DNA of 64,000 bases, taken from assembly GCA_963817435.1 (NCBI GenBank), contig CAWFNY010000001.1:503831-567830 (forward strand), in the 5' to 3' direction. The notes below the pieces were generated by a model. That model did no database searches, was not told the DNA's origin, and was given only the letters and a program-made list of their open reading frames with translations. Below, one piece after another: positions 43,975 to 53,166 of the stretch; positions within the stretch are counted from its first letter, which is position 1; the number at the start of each line of letters is the position of its first letter. The translations under genes and the position numbers were made by a program. The stretch is from an uncultured Gemmatimonadales bacterium. Its GTDB lineage: Bacteria > Gemmatimonadota > Gemmatimonadetes > Gemmatimonadales > GWC2-71-9.

Positions 43975-44310
43975 TCACCCTTGTTGATCGTTTATACGAA
44001 GACCGTCATGATCGTCGTCATCATAACAGTTGTTGTCTTTATACTCCGCCATGCTGTTGCCGAAGCCTTCCTGGTCATTCCCTAATTGGTTGAGATGGTC
44101 CTGGTCAGCATCACCTCGCTTCCACGCATCCATGTACTGCTGCACACGCCGCTGCATGCTATTGACTTTCCGCTTGATTTCCTTGCGTATGTCGGAACAC
44201 GGCTTCAGCCCAAACGGATCGTCAAACGCGATCGGGTTGTTGCCGGCGTAGGCGTAGAGGTTCACCCCGCAGGCCAGCCCGATCGGATCCTGGGTGAGCA
44301 GGATCCACCA
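43975..44310 (-). CDS. orphan Rhs core-end plus C-terminal toxin cassette (no full-length rhs upstream)
   Basis: Translation WWILLTQDPIGLACGVNLYAYAGNNPIAFDDPFGL contains the Rhs core terminus and an exact PxxxxDPxGL motif. A 76-aa unrecognised tail follows. The frame opens just after a TGA at 44311-44313, and the only internal start is GTG 44265. Confidence 0.7.
   Translation of the reverse strand, partial: WWILLTQDPIGLACGVNLYAYAGNNPIAFDDPFGLKPCSDIRKEIKRKVNSMQRRVQQYMDAWKRGDADQDHLNQLGNDQEGFGNSMAEYKDNNCYDDDDHDGLRINDQQG
44285..44306. repeat. candidate recombinase core site, copy 1: GGATCCTG-GGTGAG-CAGGATCC
   Basis: Identical 22-mer to 45195-45216. Perfect 8-bp inverted arms around a 6-bp spacer. 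Encodes ILLTQDP on the - strand. Confidence 0.6.
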
Positions 44311-44347
44311 TCAGCCCTGTCTGTCCTCCCGCCCTCCCTGCGGGTGC

Positions 44348-44376
44348 TTGCTCGTGACGTGTATGTACACTATAGT
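44348..44376 (+). promoter_or_regulatory. vapBC promoter with overlapping palindromic operator candidates
   Basis: TTGCTC, 17 nt, TATAGT. Inverted repeats GTGTA-TG-TACAC and GTGCG-CATGTA-CGCAC flank and overlap the -10 box. AAGGAG Shine-Dalgarno sequence lies 5 nt before the ATG. Confidence 0.5.
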
Positions 44377-44406
44377 GCGCATGTACGCACACTTCAAGGA
44401 GCCCCT

Positions 44407-44625
44407 ATGGCCAAGACGCGCACCCCGTCCAAAGGGGCACGCAAGGTGCCCAAGACCTATCGCCTGGCTCCCGACAAGGTGGCCGCCGCCCAGCGCGTCC
44501 TCGGCGCGGCGACGGCGACCGAGACGATCGAGCAGGCGCTCGACCTCGTGGTGTTCCGCCAGGCCCTCATCGACGGCACGCGCAGCCTCTTCGGGCTCAC
44601 GATCGACCCGCCGGAGCATGGCTAG
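44407..44625 (+). CDS. vapB: putative VapB-type antitoxin (72 aa)
   Basis: Small ORF with a strong Shine-Dalgarno sequence, overlapping the PIN gene by 8 nt. YRLAPDKVAAAQRVLGAATATETIEQALDLVV resembles DNA-binding antitoxin N-termini. Confidence 0.55.
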   Translation: MAKTRTPSKGARKVPKTYRLAPDKVAAAQRVLGAATATETIEQALDLVVFRQALIDGTRSLFGLTIDPPEHG

Positions 44626-45091
44626 GACGGACGCCGGCGCACGGAAGTACGCGCTGGATACCAACCTGTTCATCCGGGCCTTCCGCGACCCCGTCGCCCA
44701 GGAGGCTTTGGTCCGGTTCCACGCGGCGTTCGCCCCCTTCGAGTACCTGAGCGTCGTCGTGGCACAGGAGCTCCGGGCTGGGACCCGGCGTCCCGCCGAC
44801 CGCGCCCGATTAGAACGGGAGCTGCTGGAGGTGTTCGAGCGCACCGGCCGGGTGGTGACCCCCTCGCGCCAGGCGTGGCACGACTCCGGGGATGTGCTCG
44901 CCGCGCTGGCGGCCAAGGACGGACTGGAGCCGGGTCGGGTCTCCAAGGCGTTCGGGAACGATGTCCTGCTGGGGCTGTCGTGCCGCGAATCCGGGCTCAC
45001 CCTCGTGACGGACAACGTTGCCGACTTTGAGAGGATCAGTCGGATCGTACCGGTGCCCTACGTCGCCCCCTGGCCCGGAGCCTTAGCCTGA
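44618..45091 (+). CDS. vapC: PIN-domain toxin VapC
   Basis: YALDTNLFI (Asp1), VAQELRAG (Glu), NDVLLG (Asp), LVTDNVADFERI (Asp). The four acidic PIN residues occur in the canonical order. Confidence 0.85.
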   Translation: MARTDAGARKYALDTNLFIRAFRDPVAQEALVRFHAAFAPFEYLSVVVAQELRAGTRRPADRARLERELLEVFERTGRVVTPSRQAWHDSGDVLAALAAKDGLEPGRVSKAFGNDVLLGLSCRESGLTLVTDNVADFERISRIVPVPYVAPWPGALA

Positions 45092-45250
45092 CCGCCCACG
45101 GGAGGCCCCATGCGCCTCGGTCTCCGGCGGGAGACGTGGAACCCGCCACGGGCGAGGGGCACTCGGGACGTTGAGCCGTGGTAGGCAGCCGATGGGATCC
45201 TGGGTGAGCAGGATCCGGTCGGTCGCTCCCTCGCGCGCAGCCGCTACAAC
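45083..45250 (-). pseudogene. degenerate Rhs core-end remnant directly downstream of the recombinase
   Basis: Translation ...ATDRILLTQDPIGCLPRLN... matches the core end at 44310 only over ~35 nt, with indels, then diverges. No PxxxxDPxGL. Confidence 0.5.
45195..45216. repeat. candidate recombinase core site, copy 2: GGATCCTG-GGTGAG-CAGGATCC
   Basis: Identical to 44285-44306 and in direct orientation. Lies 27 nt after the recombinase stop. Arms extend to 12/14 (CCGATGGGATCCTG / CAGGATCCGGTCGG). Confidence 0.6.
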
Positions 45251-46201
45251 CTATCACTTCGATCCCGCTTCGACAGCCGGTCCGAAGCTTCGGCGGGATG
45301 GGCGCGGGCGTGGACAGCCTGCAGCCGCCGGATCGACACGTGGGTGTAGCGAGCGGTGGTGGTCAAGTTGCGGTGGCCGAGTATCTCCTGCACCTCCCGG
45401 ACGTCCGCGCCACCTTCGAGCAGGAGGGTCGCCGCGGTGTGGCGAAAGAGATGACAGCTCCCTCGGTTGGGAAAGCCCGCTCGGGCTAGGTAGCCACTCA
45501 CCCGTTCCGTCAGCCGGTTCAGCCCGAAGCCGCGTCCTCGAGAGGTCAGAAACAGGAGACCGGGATCCGGCTCGCGGACCAGATGCGGCCGGCCCCGCCG
45601 GAGGTACCGCACCACCCAGCGGACCGCGCGCCGGCCAATCGGTGTCACCCGGTCGCGCTGCCCCTTGCCGGACCGCACCAGGACTACGCCGCGACTGGTG
45701 TCGACATCGCCCACCAACAGGTGAGCGACCTCGGCCCGGCGAAGGCCGGTCGAGTAGAACAGCTCCAGCATCGCCCGGTCTCGGAGACCGATCGATGTCG
45801 AGGGGCGCGCCTGCCGGAGCACGCCCTCTACCTCGCGGGCGCTCAGGACGCTGAGGGGCAGAGTGTAGGGGCGGCGCGGGAGTTCCAGGGTCACACTCGG
45901 ATCGGACCCAAGCAGACCCTGACGGTGGCCCCACCGCAGGAAGCCCTTCACCACGCCAAGGTGCTCCCCCTGGGTGGACCATCGCAGCACCCCCCCACCC
46001 GGGCCCCGGGCATGGAACAGAGAAAGGCGATAGCTCTCGACCAGCTCCGGCCTGACCGCATCCAGCGCGTCCACACCGCCCACCGCCCACCGCGCACCAG
46101 CGGACAAACCGGGCGAGGCCGGTCCGGTGGTTCCGTATCGTCGCGGCCGCGTGATTGGTGGAGGCCAGCCAGAGGAGGAACTGCGCCACGTCTGTAAACA
46201 T
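45244..46201 (-). CDS. XerC/XerD-type tyrosine recombinase/integrase (apparent +1 frameshift near 46074-46094)
   Basis: N-terminal SAM-like segment MFTDVAQFLLWLASTNHAAATIRNHRTGLARFVRW is in one frame. The rest (VDALDAVRPELVESYRL ... GLRRAE ... HLFRHTAAT ... LGH ... ARYTHV), carrying the R, HxxR, H and Y catalytic residues, is in the +1 frame. Confidence 0.8.
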
Positions 46202-46323
46202 GATGGCTCCGGTTTGAGATTCGGAACCATCCACGGTCCACAGGTTTCACATTTTGCGCATCCGCAGATTTCGCAGACTTTCAACACCCTTCCACACCCT
46301 CCACATTGTGCATATCTCCGCGC

Positions 46324-46352
46324 GTTGACCCCGACCGCCGAGGGTCGTAGCA
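46324..46352 (+). promoter_or_regulatory. candidate dnaB promoter
   Basis: TTGACC, 17 nt, TAGCAT, about 25 nt upstream of the dnaB start. Confidence 0.25.
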
Positions 46353-46374
46353 TTCGCTGTCGCACGCCCGTATC

Positions 46375-47805
46375 GTGAACCCTGTCCCCTCCATCAGCGC
46401 CATGACCTCCATCCCGTCCATGGGAAGCATCACCTCCGGTTCCGGCCACTCGGAGGGGCACGTCCGCGGCGCGCCCTGGAGCAACGAGGCGGAGCAGGCG
46501 GTGCTCGGCGCGATGCTGCTCGACCAGGACGCGTCGCTCCGCGGCGTGGAGCTGCTCGAGGACTCGCTGTTCTATCGCGAGGGCCACCGCCGGCTCTTCC
46601 GTGCGATGCGGCGGCTCATCGAGCGCCGGGTGGTCATCGATCACATCACGCTGCGCGATGAACTGGAGCGGAAGAACGAACTCGAGGCCGCCGGCGGCGA
46701 GGTGTACCTCGCCGAGCTGCTCGATGCCGCGGTCACCGCGGCCAACCTCGAGGCCCACGCCGCGATCGTCCGCGAAAAGGCGACGCTTCGGCAACTGATC
46801 GAGACCTCGACCGCCATCGTCTCCCAGGCCTACGAGGGCGCCCTCCCCGCCAACGAGCTGCTGGACGAAGCCGAGTCGCGGATCTTCCAGATTTCGCAGT
46901 ACCGGAAGGCGGAGGGGTTCTCGCGCCTCAAGGAAATGCTGTGGCCGACGATGGAGCGCATCGAAAAGCTCCACGCGGCGGGCAAACAGGTTACCGGGGT
47001 GCCGAGCGGCTTCAAAGACTTGGATGAGATGACGACGGGGTTCCAGCCGAACGACCTGATCATCGTCGCGGCGCGGCCCTCGATGGGCAAAACGGCGTTC
47101 TGCCTGAATCTCGCGGCGCATGCGGCGGAGGCGGGGAAGGGGGTCGCGGTGTTCTCGCTCGAAATGTCGAAGGAGTCGCTGGTGCAGCGGCTGCTGTGCG
47201 CCGAGGCGCGGGTGGACAGCCAGCGGGTGCGGCGCGGCTCGCTGTCGGACACCGACTTCACCATGCTCGCCCGCGCGGCGGGGGTGCTGTCGAGCTGTCC
47301 GATCTGGATCGACGACACGCCGGCGCTGACGCTGCTGGAGATGCGCTCCAAGGCGCGGCGGCTCCGGATGGAGAACGACGTCTCGCTCGTGGTGGTGGAC
47401 TACCTGCAGCTCATGCGGAGCCCGGCCTACGCGGAGAACCGGGTGCAGGAGATTTCGGACATCTCGCGCTCGCTCAAGGCGCTGGCCCGCGAGCTGGAGA
47501 TCCCGGTGATCGCGCTGTCGCAGCTCAGCCGCGCCTCGGAGCAGCGGGGCGGGGACCGGAAGCCGATCCTCTCCGACCTGCGCGACTCGGGCGCGATCGA
47601 GCAGGACGCCGACATCGTGCTCTTCATTCACCGGCCCGAGATGTACGAGCCGATGGACAAGGAGGGCAACAGCAACGAGGGCCGCGCCGAGCTGATCGTC
47701 GCCAAGCACCGCAACGGCCCGACCGGGCATGTGGACCTCTACTTCCACAAGCAGTTCACCCGCTTCGCGAGCATGAGCGACCGGGAGGAGCCGGAGTATG
47801 CGTGA
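46375..47805 (+). CDS. dnaB: replicative DNA helicase DnaB
   Basis: NEAEQAVLGAMLLD, GFQPNDLIIVAARPSMGKTAF (Walker A), SLEMS, VVVDYLQLM, IALSQLSR. Start uncertain (GTG 46375 or ATG 46402). Confidence 0.9.
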   Translation: MNPVPSISAMTSIPSMGSITSGSGHSEGHVRGAPWSNEAEQAVLGAMLLDQDASLRGVELLEDSLFYREGHRRLFRAMRRLIERRVVIDHITLRDELERKNELEAAGGEVYLAELLDAAVTAANLEAHAAIVREKATLRQLIETSTAIVSQAYEGALPANELLDEAESRIFQISQYRKAEGFSRLKEMLWPTMERIEKLHAAGKQVTGVPSGFKDLDEMTTGFQPNDLIIVAARPSMGKTAFCLNLAAHAAEAGKGVAVFSLEMSKESLVQRLLCAEARVDSQRVRRGSLSDTDFTMLARAAGVLSSCPIWIDDTPALTLLEMRSKARRLRMENDVSLVVVDYLQLMRSPAYAENRVQEISDISRSLKALARELEIPVIALSQLSRASEQRGGDRKPILSDLRDSGAIEQDADIVLFIHRPEMYEPMDKEGNSNEGRAELIVAKHRNGPTGHVDLYFHKQFTRFASMSDREEPEYA

Positions 47806-47809
47806 GGAG

Positions 47810-47992
47810 GCGGTTGGGCAGTTAGACGGTTGGGCGGTTGGGCGGTTAGACAGTTGGACGGTTAGGCGGTTGGACGGTTGCGCGATCGGACCGTCGCTGG
47901 TCGTTGCCGTCGCTCCCCGGTGCCGTCCGACCGGCCAGCCCCCCGATCCGCTAATCTTCCAACCGCCTAACCGCCTAACCGCCTAACCCCCG
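47810..47992. repeat. 8-bp tandem-repeat element, copy 2: 9 units G(G/A)C(G/A)GTT(G/A), ~79-bp spacer, 4 inverted units (TAACCGCC)
   Basis: Read directly. Begins 5 nt after the dnaB stop and ends 8 nt before the radA ATG. Confidence 0.9.
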
Positions 47993-47999
47993 AGTCCCC

Positions 48000-49371
48000 A
48001 TGGCTAAACCCAAATCCGTCTACCGCTGCACCGAGTGCGGGCACGACCACCCGAAGTGGGTCGGCAAGTGTGAGGCGTGCGGGGCCTGGAACGCGGTGGC
48101 CGAGGAGCCGGTGGTGCTGGCGGCGCCGCACCGCGCCACCGGGGGCGCTCCGCGCCGTACCGCGACCGGCGGAGCGGTGCCTGCCCGGCTCCGGGACATC
48201 GAGGAGTCGCGGCTGGTCCGCTGGACCACGGGGATGGCGGAACTCGACTTCGTGTTAGGGGGCGGGCTGGTGCCCGGCTCGATGACGCTGGTCGGCGGCG
48301 AGCCGGGGATCGGCAAGTCCACGCTGCTGCTGCAGGCAGCGGCTCGGCTCGAGGCGACCGGCAAGCAGGTGCTCTACGCGAGCGGCGAGGAGTCGCCGGA
48401 GCAGGTGCGGCTCCGCGCCTCCCGCCTCGAGGAGGACGCCGGCCCGGTGCATGTGCTCGGCGAGACCCGGCTGGAGGCGATCCTCGACGCCTCGCAGACG
48501 CTCGGTGCCGATCTCCTCATCCTCGACTCCATCCAGACGGTCTACACCGACCTGCTCGAAGGGCGCGCCCGGCAACGTCGGCCAGGTGCGGGAGTGTGCC
48601 GCACGGCTCATGCGCTTCGCCAAGGAGACCGGCGCCGCGGTGATCGTGGTGGGGCATGTGACCAAGGGAGGCGGCATCGCCGGCCCGAAGACGCTGGAGC
48701 ACATCGTGGACACCGTGCTCTACTTCGAGGGCGAGGCGACGCTCGACCACCGGCTGCTCCGCGCCACCAAGAACCGGTTCGGCTCGGTGGACGAGATCGG
48801 GGTGTTCACGATGACGGGGCACGGGCTGGTGCCGGTGCCCAATCCGTCGGCGCTCTTCCTCGCGGCCCGCTCCGAGGGGACCAGCGGCAGTGCGGTGACC
48901 GCTCTAATGGAAGGGACCCGGCCGGTGCTGGTCGAGGTGCAGGCGCTCGCGGCGCGGAGCGGCTTCGGGACGCCGCAGCGGGTGGCGACCGGCCTCGACC
49001 AGAAGCGGCTCGCGGTACTGCTCGCGGTGCTGGAGCGCCGAGGGGGGATCTCGTTCGCGGATCTGGATGTATTCGTCCAGGTGACCGCCGGCGTCCGCCT
49101 GACGGAGCCGGGCGCCGATCTCGCGGTGGCCGCAGCGCTCCTCTCCAGCGTGCTCAACCGGCCCTCGCCCCCCGACGCGCTCTTCCTCGGCGAACTCGGC
49201 CTCGGCGGCGAGATCCGCCCGGTCGGCGGCCTCGAGCGGCGGCTGGTCGAGGCGAGCCGGCTCGGCTTCCGCCGGATCTTCGTGTCAGGCAGGACCGCCG
49301 GCAAGGTGCCGGGACTGATCATCGTCGGACTCGATCACGTGGAGCAACTGGCGGGTGCCCTTGCCGCGTGA
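48000..49371 (+). CDS. radA: DNA repair protein RadA (apparent +1 frameshift at ~48561-48566)
   Basis: YRCTECGHDHPKWVGKCEACGAWN zinc finger, GGEPGIGKSTLLLQ, and in the next frame APGNVGQVRECAARLMRFAKE ... KNRFG ... Lon-like C-terminus. Removing one G of GGG restores ...LLEGAPGNVGQV... Confidence 0.85.
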
Positions 49372-50084
49372 CGTCGGCGTCGTCTTGGTCGCGGCGGGGC
49401 AGGGGACGCGACTCGGCGGCCCGGTGCCGAAGCAGTACCGCGAACTCGGCGGCGTCCCGATGCTGCTCCGCTCGCTCCGTCCCTTCGTCGCCCATCCCGA
49501 TGTCGCCCATACCGTGGTGGTGCTGCCCGCCGGGCGATGCCGCGCGTCCGCCGGTCTGGCTCGGCGAGCTGCTCGGCGGCTCGCTCACGGTGGTGGCCGG
49601 GGGCGCCGAGCGAAGCGACTCGGTGTCGCACGGGCTCGCGGCGCTGCCGGGGAGTTGTCAGGTCGTGCTGGTGCACGACGCGGCGCGGCCCTTCGTGGAT
49701 CGCGCCACGATCGACGCCGTGATCGCGGTTGCGAGGCACGGGGAGGGGGCGGTGCCCGCCACCAGACTCGGTGATACGCTGAAGGAAGCGGAGGAGGGGC
49801 CGGGGGAGGGGGCGCACCCTCTGGTGCGCCGGACGATTCCCCGGGATCACCTCTGGCGGGCGCAGACACCGCAGGGCTTCCCGCGCGGGCTCCTCGAGGA
49901 GGCGCATGCCCGGGCCCGGCACGATGGCATCCGCGGCACCGACGACGCGACCCTGGTCGAGCGGCTGGGGGCCCGGGTGAGGCTGGTCCCCGGCGCCGAC
50001 GCTAACTTCAAGGTGACCTCGGAGGGCGACCTGCAATTGGCCGAAGCCCTTCTCTACCTGAGCAGCCGAGCGGTCGAGTCATGA
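49355..50084 (+). CDS. ispD: 2-C-methyl-D-erythritol 4-phosphate cytidylyltransferase (apparent +1 frameshift at ~49523-49530)
   Basis: VVLVAAGQGTRLGGPVPKQY in one frame. VVAGGAERSDSV ... VLVHDAARPF ... LWRAQTPQGF in the next. A one-base excess in a C/G run (CTGCCCGCCGGGCG). Confidence 0.8.
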
Positions 50085-50087
50085 GTG

Positions 50088-50562
50088 ATGAATAGCATCC
50101 TGCTGGTGTGCACCGGGAACACCTGCCGCAGCGCGATGGCGGAGGCCCTGCTGCAGACGAAAGCTGCAGGAGCGGGGTGTGGAGGGCGTGGAGGTGACTT
50201 CCGCCGGGACCGGTGCCTGGGACGGCGCCCCCGCGAGCGAGGGTGCCTATCTGGTGGCGCTGGAGCATGGGCTCGATCTCTCCGCCCACCGGGCTCGCCT
50301 GCTGACGCGGGACCTGGCGGCATCGGCCGGCACGGTGCTCACCATGGCCCGGCACCACCGCGCGCGAGTGGAGCAGCTCGGCATCTCGGCCACGGCGCAT
50401 CTGCTGGGAGAATTCGCGGGGCGGCAGGGGGCCGGCGCCGAGGTGCGCGATCCCTTCGGCGGGGATCTCGAGGGCTACCGCGAGACGTTCGAGGAGCTGG
50501 ACAGCATGCTCGATGCGGTGGTGGAGCGGCTGGAGCGGGAGCGGCTCCGTGATCGGCGGTAG
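50088..50562 (+). CDS. low-molecular-weight protein-tyrosine phosphatase / arsenate-reductase-fold protein (apparent +1 frameshift at ~50158-50160)
   Basis: ILLVCTGNTCRSAMAEALL (CX5R-S P-loop), then in the next frame KLQERGVEGVEVTSAGT ... DPFGG. Removing one A of AAA restores the frame. Confidence 0.75.
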
Positions 50563-51335
50563 GACGCGCGTCTTCGCGATCCTTGGCGATCCGGTCGCGC
50601 ATTCGCTCTCGCCGGCGATGCAGAACGCCGCCTTCCGCGCGCTCGGGCTCGATGCCGTCTACGTTCCGCTCAGGGCCGAGTCGGCCGATGTCCCCCATCT
50701 GATCCGGGTGCTGGCGCGCGCGGGCGGCGGCGGCAACGTCACGATTCCGCACAAGGAGATCGCGGCGCAGTCCGTCACCCAGCCGAGCGATCGGGTCCGC
50801 ACCCTCGGCGCCTGCAACACCTTCTGGGGCGGGGAGGGCGGTTCCCGCGGCGACAACACCGATGTGGACGGTGTGCTCGATACGCTGGCCCGCCTCGAGG
50901 CGCCGGCCACCGCGTGGCTCATCGCGGGCACCGGTGGCGGGGCGCGCGCGGTCGTGGCCGCCGCCGCCCTGCGCGGGGCGCGGGTCGCGATCCGCTCCCG
51001 GGATCCGGAGCGGCGCAGCACCTTCGAGGCCTGGGCCAAAGTGCAGGGTGTCTCCGCCGCGCCGCACGACGAGTGTACCGTGCTGATCAACACCACGCCG
51101 CTCGGCCTGCATTCCGGTGATCACCTGCCGCTCGCGCTCGAAGACGCGCCGCACGCCATCGTCGCCTTCGACATGGTGTACCATCGCGGCGAGACTGCCT
51201 GGGTCCGGCTGATGCGGCAGGAGGGTCTCCGCACTTGTGACGGCCGAGTCATGCTGGTGGCGCAGGGGGCAGCCGCTTTCCGCCGCTGGTTCCCGGGTGA
51301 AGACCCTCCGGTGGACGTGATGCGTGCCGCCGTGA

Positions 51336-51352
<17 letters not shown>
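50549..51352 (+). CDS. aroE: shikimate dehydrogenase
   Basis: FAILGDPVAHSLSPAMQNAAF, NVTIPHK, GDNTDVDG, GTGGGARA. Confidence 0.8.
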
Positions 51353-53091
<1,739 letters not shown>

Positions 53092-53166
53092 CCGGGCGCC
53101 CAGGCTGTCGCGCTGTCCGGGCGGGCCGCGTGCCCGCCCATCTCACCAGAGAGAGAAGCTCGTCCC

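Larger units (their letters stand above)
42196..46374. mobile_element. accessory island: tyrosine recombinase plus orphan Rhs toxin tip, immunity candidates and vapBC
   Basis: Lies between the conserved genes udg and dnaB. A hand count gives ~50% GC in a sampled 60-nt line at 42661-42720, against ~65-70% in the flanks. Holds truncated genes, a recombinase and repeated 22-bp sites. Boundaries are approximate. Confidence 0.55.

Noticed and set aside
45244-47748. 834-aa ORF on the - strand.
   Set aside because: Only its last ~300 codons (45244 to ~46085) are the recombinase. Everything upstream is antisense to dnaB and has no protein-like features.
47798-47986. 62-aa ORF with a repetitive peptide (GQLDGWAVGRLDSWTVRRLDG).
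   Set aside because: It is simply the translation of the 8-bp tandem repeats, and the 8-nt period cycles through all three frames. It is not a gene.
48000-50084. 694-aa ORF that looks like a RadA-IspD fusion.
   Set aside because: It is an artefact of two +1 frameshifts. The frame carries a genuine RadA N-terminus, then nonsense, then a genuine IspD C-terminus.
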